DNA of 64,000 bases from Octopus bimaculoides (taxonomy: Eukaryota): the NCBI RefSeq assembly GCF_001194135.2, contig NC_068986.1, positions 6,181,067 to 6,245,066 on the forward strand, written 5' to 3'. The notes beneath the pieces were generated by a model that did not search any database, was not told the origin of the DNA, and saw only the letters and a list, made by a program, of their open reading frames with translations. Shown piece after piece: positions 12,633 through 25,330 of this stretch. How positions within the stretch are numbered: position 1 is the first letter of the stretch; every line of letters begins with the position of its first letter. A program made the translations under genes and the position numbers.

Positions 12633-12959
12633 TGTGTGTGTGTTTGTGTGTGCATGCTTGTGTGTTGTTGCATTTATACGTCTCTAAAAATCACGAGGTA
12701 CAAAAGGTGGTATTGTCATCATTTCTCCCATCAATTAATCATCCACTGGCTTAGTGTTTTCAAATATGTGCAAAATCAAAAATCTGCTGTCAAAAAAAAC
12801 AGGAAACATTTAGTAAAAAGAGGGGCATCGGGGTGTAAAATAATAATACTCAATCATATATTTATCTCATTTATGTTAGCATGGAAAAATGGACCTAAAA
12901 TGAGCCAAAGACGGAGTATGGCCGAAATGTTTCTAAGTTCATTTTGCAAGCATGGAATC

Positions 12960-13255
12960 TTGAGTTAGATGCCACTGTGGCATCTTGGGGGAATATTTTC
13001 TGTAGCCTCAAGTCACCCTATTTTTGTTAGTGAAAATTGGATTAAAGGAAACTGTATAGAAGCCTGTTGAATGAATTATACCTGCAATTGAAAAGATACA
13101 ACCTTGTCACACGTTGCATATTGTGCCTGAAAATTATGTTAAGGATACACATATGTCTGTGGAATCCTCAGCCACTTATATGCTAATTCAATGGGCAAGT
13201 AATCCAGTTGATCAAACAAGTGAATTCTCATTGTTGGAAACAACAGAGAGTCGTC
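12960..13255 (+). mobile_element. Chimeric SINE: family A head followed by a different tail
   Basis: A-type GGAAACTGTATAGAAGCC followed by ...AAGGATACACATATGTCTGTGGAATCCTCAGCCACTTA..., unlike the A tail at 19141-19340. Confidence 0.55.
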
Positions 13256-14300
13256 CACCCATATTATACACCCTGAAGGAACAAATGGGATAACCAGGTA
13301 GAATTTGAAACCAGATTGTAAAGGAGTGAAAACACATATTGCATGTTACTGAGTCTTGTCTGCTACTGTTTCTGGCACTCCATCACCTTTGTTGATAAAT
13401 CATTGGAAAAAGCTTTATCAATAGACTCAAGTGCATTATTGATTCAGGTACTGTTAAAAGCTTTCTGGATATTGAAGCAAATAATTTTATTCTCAGTTAT
13501 TGTATTATTAATATTTATCAGAACATCACTGTAGTAGAATTCTGAACAGTAGCAGTTGTCATGCAAGTTGTTGCAAAAAGTAAAATATCAACAATTTAAG
13601 AAAGAAGATCAATCATTTCTCGCTGATATAGCCAGTTTGCTTAGATAAACAATCAGATAGTAAAGTGATTGGATTACTTGCTGAAGCATTTGATTTAGAC
13701 CTGATAGCTTTTTTTTAGAGTAGCATCAAAACATATATATGTTTAGTGGGTGAAAATGTTTGATAAAAATAATTGGTAATGTTTATCTTAGAAACCAATA
13801 ACATTTAATATTTCTGTTTCTAACTGACCTTGGATTCAGTGGTTTGTGTCGTTATTATTTAAATGGGAAGCAGGGCGTATGGTTAAGAACTTCATTATGC
13901 AATGGTATATGTCTGAATTCAATCACACAGCATGACATCTTGGCAAGTGTCTTCTATTAGAGTCTAAATGCAATTTGCTAGACAAAACTGTGCAGAAGCC
14001 TATTCTATAAGGTGAAAAGCAACATTGACCCTGATAGAAATTCAGCTCAGACCACAGTAAGTTTGCTGCCATTGAACATCAACTATGCTGTTGTTATCGC
14101 TTAGCCCCAGGTCAGCCCTAATTAAGAAAATCCATGATCAAAAATATTCCAGTCATGGCAGCCATTTCTTTCCTTTTTTATGTAGCACTATATTCTCTAA
14201 TGTGTTCTTTATTAAGACAATGGAGTATGATTTGAGGGAGGTCTGGCAGCTACTTCATGTAGAGTGATTGCAAAGAAGTAGCTGTTTCAGTGACTGGTTT

Positions 14301-14350
14301 GCTATATGATTATCCCTATCTGTGAATCTAGATAGGGATAATCATATAGC
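14301..14350. repeat. Perfect 21-bp hairpin with 8-nt loop
   Basis: GCTATATGATTATCCCTATCT-gtgaatct-AGATAGGGATAATCATATAGC. Confidence 0.95.
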
Positions 14351-14720
14351 TTGAGGCTATGGGCATTGCTTTGCTTCTTCAGACTAAGGATTAAAGTAAA
14401 TATACTGAATGAGTAACCTATTGTAATTACAGAAGCAAGAAGAAATAGTTGGTTTATTATATTATTACATTATATTTAATTATATTATATTATGAATCAA
14501 AGTATTAATACTAGAAAATATCTCTCAATAGAACAAAAAGGTGTTTTCATGCAAAATTTATCAGAATACTCAATAACATGAATACACTAAATCCAGAGCT
14601 CTAATATGATAAGATATATTAAATAACATATATGAAAGGATGACTGAAAATGCTTCAAATGCATATATTAAAATAAATATGTATATTTTAGGCTAGACAG
14701 ATTTTCTCTTCTGGCACATT

Positions 14721-14918
14721 CATGCTGGTGGCACGTAAAAAGCACCCACTACACTCTCGGAGTGGTTGGCATTAGGAAGGGCATCCAGCTGTAGAAACTC
14801 TGCCAGATCAGATTGGAGTCTGGTGTAGCCATCTGGTTCGCCAGTCCCCAGTCAAATTGTCCAACCCATGCTAGCATGGAAAGCGGACGTTAAATGATGA
14901 TGATGATGATGATGATGA
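14721..14918 (+). mobile_element. Young RTE 3' UTR / SINE-tail copy with (GAT)n
   Basis: TGGCACGTAAAAAGCACCCACTACACTCTCGGAGTGGTTGGCATTAGGAAGGGCATCCAGCTGTAGAAAC...GGACGTTAAATGATGATG; CpGs retained. Confidence 0.85.
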
Positions 14919-15804
14919 TATTCTTGAGAAGACCCATTTAGCTAAGTAAAACTGAGATCATAAAGGATTGTCATCTATGTCGATGCCCTGCACCATGCCC
15001 GCACACAATCTTTCCCTGACAAGCCCCTCCCCCACATCTCATCTTTCTAACACCTCCCCCTCTCTCATCCATGTTCACTGCTTGCTGTATTCTTCTTTCC
15101 TTTATCTCCCACTGTCATGCGGACCTAGCTGCACACAATATGTTCCTGTCAAATGACAGATTCATTAGGGCACTGGACAAAATGCCTTGTAATATCTCTT
15201 CTAGCTATTTACATTCTGAATTCAAATCTTGCTGCATTAAATTTTGCCTTTCATCCTTTCGGTGTCAATAAAATAAAGTACCAGCCAAATACTGGTGTTA
15301 ATGGTGTTGATTAAGCCCCTTCTCACAAATTTTAGGTATTGTACCTATGTTTGAAACAATTATTTTATTGCCCTGAATTTGTTGTGATCAGATAATAAAT
15401 CAATTTTTTTGAGCACTCTGTTAGACTTAGCATGAAAATATTTTCTCCTTGTACACTGTTTTTTCTTTGATCACGGCAATGGAAAGAAACATCTTGCCAT
15501 AAGTCAAAATTATTGAACTTATTTGTGTATAAGTCACAGTATTTTGTACTTGATTTTAAATGAAAAATCTAGGGTGCAATTTACTCATAGGGCAAATCTA
15601 AAACAATGGAACGAAAAATTTTTTTAATAAGATTTAACTCTAAACAAGGGATGCATCTTGCACATGTGTAAACACAATATTTAGTTTTTTTCATCGGTAA
15701 AACAAATTTTTGCTTGGTGAAATGGAGTATATCATATAATTGTTATGCATGTGTTGCATTGTAATTTCCTTTATTTTTTTCATTTCATTTATACAACAGA
15801 AATT

Positions 15805-16020
15805 TGGTGGCAGGCTGGCAGAATCATTAGCATGCTGAGCTAAATGCTTAGTGGCATGTTGTTCATCTTTATGTTATGAGTTCAAATCCTGCCAAGGTTT
15901 ACTTTGCATTTTGCTCTTTTGTGATCGATAAAATAAGTACCAGTTGAGCACTGGGGGTTGATGTAATTGACTTACCATCTTCCCCGATTGAGCTGACCTT
16001 GGGCCAAAATTTGAAACCAA
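15805..16020 (+). mobile_element. SINE family C (GGCAGGCTGGCAGAATCATTAGC...GAGTTCAAATCC...TTTCATCCTTT...GATAAAATAAGTACCAG)
   Basis: Same consensus recurs at ~15160, 27130, 28810, 32265(-), 36090, 38815(-), 42280, 42440(-), 43010, 43300, 43550, 45170(-) and 51370(-). Confidence 0.8.
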
Positions 16021-16796
16021 TATTTATATTAAACTATAACATCCTTAACATTCATATATAACTATTGTGATCTACATGAATTTCATCAGTACAAATTGAT
16101 GGTGGATTAATTATGCTATATTATGGCATTATGAAAGGATTGAGAAGGAGAGAAAGGAGAAATTAATTTATCAAAGGGAAAGAGAAAGACGTTATATGAA
16201 GGCATTTCCTTTGGAATTTTTCTTTTGTTTGTCACAGTCTGTTCGTTATTGCAGAAGGTGGGGGAGAGAAAGAGAGAGGTGGTGAGAGGGGAAGAGGGGT
16301 GAGGAGAAGAAGAAAGAGGAGGGAAAGAAAAAGAGGAGAGGGTGAAGCAAACTTAATGTAAAATTATGTACAAATTAGTATGAATAATCCTAATTCATTT
16401 TCTTCTTTCATGTGAAAATAACCATTTCCAGTTGCAGGTGAAGTCAATAATGGTTGCAAATATTTCCATAGGGCCATATTTCAGATGCACTATTTATAAT
16501 GAAAATACGTTTAATTGCAGGGATGTGTGATCTGTGTGTTCCCTTGTGCAAGGTTGGTTGGATAACAGTTTACTTAACTATGCACGTTCCTGACAAGCCA
16601 TCATGCATTACTAATGGAGGCTCACAGATTTTCAGCTAGAATTTTTGCTATTCTTGCAATCTATTAGCATTATTGAAGGTCATGTCAAGATGTCAGTATT
16701 TAAATGGCATTAGGTTAAATAAATAATTTAATTTTGAAGATGTTATTATTAGGCAGTCTGCAAATTGCCTGGAATTCATGACTTCTGATTGGAACA

Positions 16797-17021
16797 CCCT
16801 TTAGCATTCGGATTGCTCTCTCTCTCAAATATAATGCTTATTTATTCATATTGTTTTAAATTAATCAAGCATTATCTCGTAGCTTTGAGTTTTCAATGAT
16901 GTAATTGTTTATTTTTAGGATGATATAATAGGGTAGATGCTAGAGGATGGAGCTGGCTGGTTTGAAAATGAAGCAAAGTAGAATACATGGGTCGGATATG
17001 GCTGGTTTAAATGCTAAAGGG
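16797..17021. mobile_element. piggyBac-type MITE
   Basis: CCCTTTAGCATT...AATGCTAAAGGG-TTAA; same family as 45035-45754 and 58325-58495. Confidence 0.7.
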
Positions 17022-17319
17022 TTAAATACTTTAATTAGTGAATAGTAAATAGCGGATATAGTTGCTGCATTGATAATTTTATTACATTACCAGTTTATAG
17101 TTCATGAGTTCATAGTATTATATTAGTATATAGTATATGTACAGGTATTATATTTTATTTGTGAACAAAATGCTTGATTTTGTTGTTGTTGTTGTTGTTG
17201 CTCAGTGACATTGGTTGTTCCCTCTGGAGCAGATATATGAAGTAGAGGTGGGCAGTTAGACCTTCAAAAGCAACACATAACCCACCTTCTTTTGTATAAT
17301 TATACGTAGTAGGATAACG

Positions 17320-17550
17320 ATGATGACGACGATGATGATGATGGTGATGATGATGATGGTGATGATGATGATGATAACGATATCGATGAAAATGATGGCA
17401 ATGGTGGAGGTGGAAGAGGTGGTGGTAACTTTGGTGATGGTGGTGGTGGTAATGATGGTGGTGGTGGTGGTGATGGTGGTGGGGTGATGATGGTGGTGGT
17501 GGTGGTGGTAGTGATGGTGGTCGGGGTGATGGTGGTGGTGGTGGTGGTGG

Positions 17551-17582
<32 letters not shown>

Positions 17583-17695
17583 ATGGTAGTGGTGATGATG
17601 ATGATGATGATGATGAAGGTGATGATTCTTGTAGTGGTGGTGATGGTGGTGGTAGGGATGATGATGATGATGGTGATGATGTTGTTTAGTCCATG
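17320..17695. repeat. Compound (GAT)n/(GGT)n trinucleotide microsatellite
   Basis: Directly visible. Confidence 0.95.
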
Positions 17696-18469
17696 ATGAG
17701 CGCTAACTCAAACAACTTATGATTAAAAGCATTATAGCTATTACCATTCACTTTTTCGTCTTTTCTTTGTGTGCCGTTGTATAATGTGATTTCCTTCATT
17801 TAAGATGTTAGGCGTGTGAACTAAAGGAGATTTCACTGCTATTTCTAACAGCTCAGGCAACTACATACTACACAGAGCTTCATTCTCATCTCTCATTCAT
17901 TTGTTAGAAACAGATCTAGTTTGTCGTGTCATTGTGAGTCTAACTTGAGCAGCTCATCAATATTTTAGTTGTGATTGTCCCATCTTTATGGTGGCACATG
18001 TTTAATTAAGATTGTATTCATAAAACATGGTTCACTGACCACTTCTGAAAGTAACAAACAGGCACCAAACACACACACACACACACACCACACCACACAC
18101 ACATTCACACACATGTGCACACGCACGTACACACACACACACACACAAGCACACATATGCACACAAACAGGCGCACATACATATACATACATATATGCAT
18201 ACGTACAGACATATAAGCATACATACATACATGTATACATACATACATGCATACATATAAACATACATAAGTACATGCATGCATGCATACATACATACAT
18301 ACATACATACATACATACATACATACATACATACATACATACATGCATACATACACACATATAAGTAAAGAATGGAAGACAGGACTCTCATAGCATGAAG
18401 GAAATGGTTGTTGTCTATTTGCAGAAAAGAAGTCAGTAGAAGTTCCATAAGGTGTGCCCTTTGTTAACA

Positions 18470-18810
18470 ATGGACACACTAAAGGTGTAATGGAATCAAG
18501 GTAAGCTAAAAGCTAAGAGAGCAGGTAGATTTCACATGCAGCAGGTGCACTAGGGCAATAAGCACTAACAGTGCTCAGAAAACAGATTCTCTCAAATGCT
18601 TCTGTGGCTCCCAAGAAGATGTTGAATGCTTTTGTTTCCTAGGTGGTCTACTTAGCAGAGGAGGAAGGTGTTTCAAAGGTATCGTAGCCTGAATAAGAAT
18701 GAATTAGAGAACTTCTTCCCTAATGTCAAGGGTAGATTGTATGATGCTTGTGAGCAAAGTGTGTTGATGCACAACAGGAGGACATTGGTCTTATAGTTGC
18801 TTACAATTTT
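18470..18810 (+). mobile_element. RTE LINE fragment including the PHD-like finger
   Basis: SIRCALC*QWTH*RCNGIK...FTCSRCTRAIS, then F.FLGGLLSRGG and VKGRLYDAC. Confidence 0.8.
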
Positions 18811-19140
18811 TGTGATGACTGGAAAGAAATGAAGCAAGTATGTTAATGGACATAAATGATGAAGTTCAAATGACTTAAGAAACAAACTGGGAATGGGGGA
18901 AATCACATTTCATGTGAAAGAGGGGAGACTGTAATACGATGGTTACATGGGGTGAATGGAGGAAGATAACTGAATAAGCAAGAGTTGAACTCTGAGAGTG
19001 AATGATACCTGTAAAGTGGAAGGCTAGGGATGAGGTCATGAAAAATATATATATACACATATATATACATACATATATGTATAATATATATATGTACATA
19101 TATATATAGATAATATATACTATATATGTATACATACATA

Positions 19141-19547
19141 TACTCTTTTACTCTTTTACTTGCTTCAGTCATTTGACTGCGGCCATGCTGGAGCACCACC
19201 TTAAGTCGAGCAAATCGACCCTAGGACTTATTCTTTGTAAGCCTAGTACTTATTCTATCAATCACTTTTGCCGAATTGCTAGATTACAGGGACGTAAACA
19301 CACCAGCATCGGTTATCAAGCGATGTTGGGGGGACAAACACAGACATGCAAACACACATATACATATACATATACATATATATACGACGGACTTCTTTCA
19401 GTTTCCGTCTACCAAATCCACTCACAAGGCTTTGGTCGGCCCAAGATTATAGTAGAAGACACTTACCCAAGCTGCCATGCAGTGGGACTGAACCAGGAAC
19501 CATGTGGTTGGTAAGCAAGCTACTTACCACACAGCCACTCCTGCGCC
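19141..19547 (-). mobile_element. SINE family A, full-length copy
   Basis: On minus: GGCGCAGGAGTGGCTGTGTGGTAAGTAGCTTGCTTACCAACCACATGGTTCC head, internal (TA/TG) tract, tail ending in (AAAAGAGT)n. Confidence 0.9.
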
Positions 19548-19601
<54 letters not shown>

Positions 19602-19627
19602 TACATACATATATAATATATATATAT

Positions 19628-19664
<37 letters not shown>

Positions 19665-20344
19665 TACTTTTGGACCAATGATTATGGATTAAATGTTTTT
19701 TCACTCTCAGACTTATCTTTGAGAATTTATTCTAAGTGGCTGGACATAGTTTCTTTGAACTTGTTTGTCAGTCCTTAGAAGTGTATCTGCAAAAATACTC
19801 ATAAACACAAAGAAATATGATTAGTCATTGAGAGTTAATTGTTTGCTTCACCCACCAAAACAAAAAAAACAAAAAAAAAAAGTGAGTAAAAGACCCGAAA
19901 CAAAACAGTATATGCATCACACATTCATTTATTCAATTGTTATACATAGAACACATGATATATTCAACTATTCACCTGAAAAAAAAGAAATAACACATGA
20001 TATTCTGATGTCTTCAATATCATACATGGAACATACAAAAGCAAGAAAGCTGGCTATTGTAATAGATATTACAGCCTTTTGCAATTTTGTATAAAAGATT
20101 GGAATTAATGAATCCTTGCAGAAACTTCCTATCAATAACTAATGAGGAATCTTCAACTACAAAGTGTTTCCTACATAATGGATTTGTCTATTCCTAGAAA
20201 AATGGGTATATATTGATAAAAAATATTCAACATTAAAACTTCATTAGCAATAGATACTTCTTTGCTTTTGTGTGAGTTATACACATGATATTGAAGACAT
20301 TAAAAAATATCATGTGTTTTTGTATGTGAATAGATGAATATATA

Positions 20345-20497
20345 GGCGTGGGAGTGGCTGTGTGGTAAGTAGCTTGCTTACGAACCACATGGTTCCGTGT
20401 TCAGTCCCACCGCATGACACCTTGAGCAAGAGTCATCTACTATAGCCTCGGGCCAACCAAAGCCTTGTGAGTGGATTTGGTAGACAGAAACTGAAAC

Positions 20498-20590
<93 letters not shown>

Positions 20591-20963
20591 TGTTTGTGTG
20601 TCTGTGTGTGTGTGTGTGTGTCTGTCTGTGTGTCTGTGTTTTTGTGTGTCTGTGTTTGTCCCCCTGACATCGCTTGACAACCGATGCTGGTGTGTTTACG
20701 TCCCCGTAACTTAGTTAAGTTAGGGGTACATAAACACACTAACATTGGTTGTCAAGTGATCGTAGGGGGACAAACACACACACACACACACACATGTACG
20801 ACGGGCTTCTTTCAGTTTCCATCTACCAAATCCACTCACAAGGATTTGGTCGATCTGAGGCTATAGTAGAAGATACTTGCCCAAGGTGCAACACAGTGAG
20901 ACTGAACCTGGAACCATGTGGTTGGTAAGCAAGCTACTTACCACACAGCCATGCCTGCACCTA
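20345..20963. mobile_element. Two SINE A copies fused tail-to-tail (+ 20345-20712, - 20713-20963)
   Basis: Both copies truncated at about the same internal TAACTTAG position. Confidence 0.85.
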
Positions 20964-21009
20964 TATATATATATCTATATATATATATACAAATATATAT
21001 TTATATCTT

Positions 21010-21218
21010 CTATCTTTTACTTGTTTCAGTCATTAGACTGGCCATGCTGAGGCACCACCTTGAAATTTTAGTCAAATGAATCAACCCCAGTACTTATGTT
21101 TTTTGTCAAGCCTGGTACTTATTCTATTGGTCCCTTATGCCACACCACTAAGTTATGGGGACATAAACACACCAACACCAGTTGTCAAGTAGTGGTGGGG
21201 GACAAACACAGACTCAAA

Positions 21219-21260
<42 letters not shown>
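21010..21260 (-). mobile_element. SINE A 3' half
   Basis: Matches the tail of 19141-19340. Confidence 0.8.
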
Positions 21261-21265
<5 letters not shown>

Positions 21266-22253
21266 ATACACAAGCACACACAGTTATATATATCAAATGG
21301 ATGTCCTATAAAAATATTCCACACATACAATAACAGCCATACCAATAATCCAACACACCTTCATCATCAGCTGCCCCACAAATATCACTATGATTTCGAC
21401 ACCTGGGTAGTACCATTCGATCTGGGGGTGTCAACAGCACTAAAATAAGTGTTGTTTGGGAACAAACATACCTTAGAAATCACCACACATACACGCATAC
21501 ATACACAGGCACACACACAAACACACACTCGCAAACACGCACGCACACATGTATATACAGATTTGTAGTTGTGAGATTTATAGTGGAATAAGTAACAGAG
21601 TAGACACCAATAGGGTGTGTGTGTATATAAGAGATGAGGGAAAGAAAGAAAAAATGAATGTCTAGATGTGAGTCTACATGCAGATTCCTCTACAAGAACC
21701 TACTCTGTGCCCCCTTCTCATAGTAATCCTTTTGTCCCCTAACATGAAGCTGACCTCCCCATCGAACCAGATTTCATAATCTTCTGTGCTGTATGGTGAC
21801 CTCAATTCTGCAGGTGGCACAGAAAAAGCATGGATCATGAAAAAAATCTGGTAAGAAGAAGAGACAACTTTGTACATATTTCTGCATCATTTTGGAATCA
21901 TCAGTAAAGTATAACCTTATTATAACTTGCTATTTTTCTAAGAAATAGCATATTTGTTACTATAAATAAACATAGAACCATTTAGAAATGGATTATTCTG
22001 ACAGGCCATTGACCAGAAAAACAATAGGTAAGAGGTTATCAGTTTATCTAATTATCTTGATAATTCGATAGTGATAATATCATTTTACTATACTGGAATA
22101 AAGCCACAAATTTCAAAAGACCTAAAATTCAGTCATGGGAACATAGCTAAACATATTGGTAAATACACACACACACACACTCATCGATACACACACACAC
22201 ACACACACACACAACCACACAACCATAGACACACAAACATCTATCTATCTATC

Positions 22254-22299
<46 letters not shown>

Positions 22300-22857
22300 N
22301 NNNNNNNNNNNNNNNNNNNNNNNNNNNNNNNNNNNNNNNNNNNNNNNNNNNNNNNNNNNNNNNNNNNNNNNNNNNNNNNNNNNNNNNNNNNNNNNNNNNN
22401 NNNNNNNNNNNNNNNNNNNNNNNNNNNNNNNNNNNNNNNNNNNNNNNNNNNNNNNNNNNNNNNNNNNNNNNNNNNNNNNNNNNNNNNNNNNNNNNNNNNN
22501 NNNNNNNNNNNNNNNNNNNNNNNNNNNNNNNNNNNNNNNNNNNNNNNNNNNNNNNNNNNNNNNNNNNNNNNNNNNNNNNNNNNNNNNNNNNNNNNNNNNN
22601 NNNNNNNNNNNNNNNNNNNNNNNNNNNNNNNNNNNNNNNNNNNNNNNNNNNNNNNNNNNNNNNNNNNNNNNNNNNNNNNNNNNNNNNNNNNNNNNNNNNN
22701 NNNNNNNNNNNNNNNNNNNNNNNNNNNNNNNNNNNNNNNNNNNNNNNNNNNNNNNNNNNNNNNNNNNNNNNNNNNNNNNNNNNNNNNNNNNNNNNNNNNN
22801 NNNNNNNNNNNNNNNNNNNNNNNNNNNNNNNNNNNNNNNNNNNNNNNNNNNNNNNNN

Positions 22858-22901
<44 letters not shown>

Positions 22902-22924
22902 CATATATACATATATATGTATGG

Positions 22925-23290
22925 TGCTTCCCAACCACATGGTTGTGGATTCAGTCCCACTGCGTGGCACCTTGGATAAGTGTCTTCTACTATAGCCTCA
23001 GGCCAACCAAAGCTTTGTGAGTGGATTTGGCAGACGGAAACTGAAAGAAGTTTGTCGTATATATAACTATATATATANNNNNNNNNNGGCGCAATGGCCC
23101 AGTGGTTAGGGCAGCGAACTTGCGGTCAGAGGATTGTGGTTCCGATTTCCAGACTAGGTGTTGTGTGTGTTTATTGAGCGAAACACCTAAGGCTCCATGA
23201 GGCTCCGGCAGCGGGTGGTGGCGACCCCTGTTGTACTCTTTTGCCCCAACTTTCTCTCACTATTTCTTCCTGTTTCTTGAGTAAAGCTGT
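22925..23290 (+). mobile_element. SINE A head followed, after a 10-N gap, by SINE B
   Basis: A head 22925-23075; B starts GGCGCAATGGCCCAGTGG at 23088. Confidence 0.8.
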
Positions 23291-23650
23291 GATGGACTGG
23301 CATCCTGTCCAGCTTTATCCACCTTTATTTCTGATCAACTGTGTTCCTCATTTGTGCGGTTAAAGTTACCAGAACAAAATTTTGAAAACCAATTTGATAC
23401 TGTCTGCTGTGTAATAACATTAGAATGAAATACTCCATTAATATTCTGAGCTGCTAACAAAAATAGAAAAAAACGTTTTATAAATACTTTATAACGCACA
23501 AAATGAGTTAGAATAAAGAAATTGATGTGTCAGTTTTCTAACAAAACATAAAGATTGTCAAAATATAATAATGGTGCAAAATGAGCAGCTGTCAAAGTTT
23601 ACCATATAGCTTACTACAAATTTCTTATTTGATGACTTAATATATATATA

Positions 23651-23869
23651 CTGTTGTGTCTGGGGAGGGTCATTCTCTTTTGGTGCCTTATAATTTAACA
23701 CACTCACTGGTAAAATTTCCACTTATTTCTTTTTTATTTTTCTAAAATTTTTGTTGAAAGACGCAACGAAAATTTTAGAAAAATAAAAAAGAAATAGGCG
23801 GAAATTTTACCAGTGAGTGTGTTAAATTATAAGGCACCAAAAGAGAATGACCCTCCCCAAACACAACAG
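23651..23869. repeat. Foldback element: 106-bp near-perfect arms, 7-nt loop
   Basis: 23651-23756 is the reverse complement of 23764-23869 with only a few mismatches. Confidence 0.92.
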
Positions 23870-24049
23870 AACATGCTTCAACACACGAACTCACATAAAG
23901 AATCTCACAAATCAAATCCCAAAACGAAATTAATATATATAGTCAATGCAAAAAAAAACAAAACAAAGAACGAAAACACAAGAAAACGTCAACATGCGGA
24001 CGTGGTACATGCAAAGTATTAAAAGATGCTCTGAGAAGGAAAGAAAGGT

Positions 24050-24087
24050 TGTTTAATGTTTCAAGCAAAAGCTCTTCTTCAGAAACA
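24050..24087 (-). ncRNA. Minimal type-I hammerhead motif (slightly decayed)
   Basis: Minus: tgttt-CTGAAGA-agagcttttgctt-GAAA-ca-TT-aaaca. Stem I tgttt/aaaca, stem II gagc/gctt; stem III ACAT is plausibly CpG-decayed ACGT. Confidence 0.55.
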
Positions 24088-24349
24088 GGAGACAGGAAAG
24101 TTCAAGAGAAAAGGAAGACAGAGGTAAAAATTCACCAACAATCCACATGTGGTTACATGTTGAAATGACAGGAAGGGAATGGATGAAGAAAAAGTTCTTT
24201 CTAAGACAGGAGAGTGTAAGAGGAGATAACTGTGTGTATGTGTGGGTATGTACGAGTGCACGAGTGTGTGTGTGGTATTAACTGTTTTATCTGTGTATGT
24301 CAGAGTGATCTTTGTGTCTGTTAATGTAGGAAGAATTCAGCAGCTATGA

Positions 24350-25330
24350 TAACAGAAGCGGTATTGTTTTGTGTATTTGTGAGTTTCTTCACATATGTGT
24401 GGATGGAATGGTCAGTCCGAAGGGTGTGCATGTGTGTGTATATATGTATGTGTGTGTATGTGTATGTTATGTGTGTGTTTTGTGTGTGGTGTGTGTGCAT
24501 GCATGTGTGTATGTGTATGTGTATGTGCATGTGTGTGTGTGTGTGTGTATGTGCGTGTGTGTATGTGTGTGCATGTGGGGTTGTGCATGAGTTTGTATGT
24601 GTGGAGGTATACATGTGCTCCTTTGTGTGTGTGTGCATGTGTGCATGCATGTGTGTGTGCATGCATGTATGTGTGTGCATGTATGTGCGTGTATGTACGT
24701 GCATGTGTGTATGCACGTGTGAATCTAATTGTGTGTGTATATGTATGAGTGTGTGTATGTGTGTGCATGTATGTGTGTGTTGTGTGTATGTGTCATGTTT
24801 GTGGGAAGAATATGTGCATTCATGTGTGTGTATGTGTGTGTCTGTGTGCGTATGTATATGTGTGTGTGCATGGGGTTGTGTGTGTGGAGGCATATGTGCA
24901 TTCCTGTGCGTGTGTGTGTGCGAGCTTGTGTGTGTGTGTGTGTATGTGTGTGTGGTTGGGTGTGCGTGTATGCATGTGTGTGTATATGTGTGTGTGTGAA
25001 TGTGTGTGGGCTGTGCTGAGGTATATGTGTGTTCCTGTGCATGTGTGCACGTGTGGGCACGTTTGTGTATGCGTGTATGTATGTGTGAGTATGTCCGTGT
25101 GTGCATGCATGTGTGTATGCGTGTGTGTGTGTGTGTATGTACGTGCGTGTATGTGTGTGCATGTATGTGTGTATTGTGTGTGTGTGTGATGTGTCTGGGG
25201 GGTATATATGCGTTCATGTGTGCGTATATGTGTATGTGTGTGTGTATGTGGTGTATGTGTGTGTATGTGTATGTGTGTATGTGAGTGTGTGGCAGTATAT
25301 GTGCATTCCTGTGTGAGCGTGTGTGTGTGC
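24350..25330. repeat. About 1-kb degenerate (TG/TA)n array with higher-order units
   Basis: Recurring ATATGTGCATTCCTGTG-like units at ~24830, 24890, 25020 and 25295. Confidence 0.9.

Noticed and set aside
21674-21877. Non-repetitive 67-aa minus-strand ORF
   Set aside because: No recognisable motif or splice context.
23088-23160. tRNA-like sequence (also 1950-2021)
   Set aside because: Continues into a shared SINE body with no acceptor-stem 3' half; a SINE head, not a tRNA gene.
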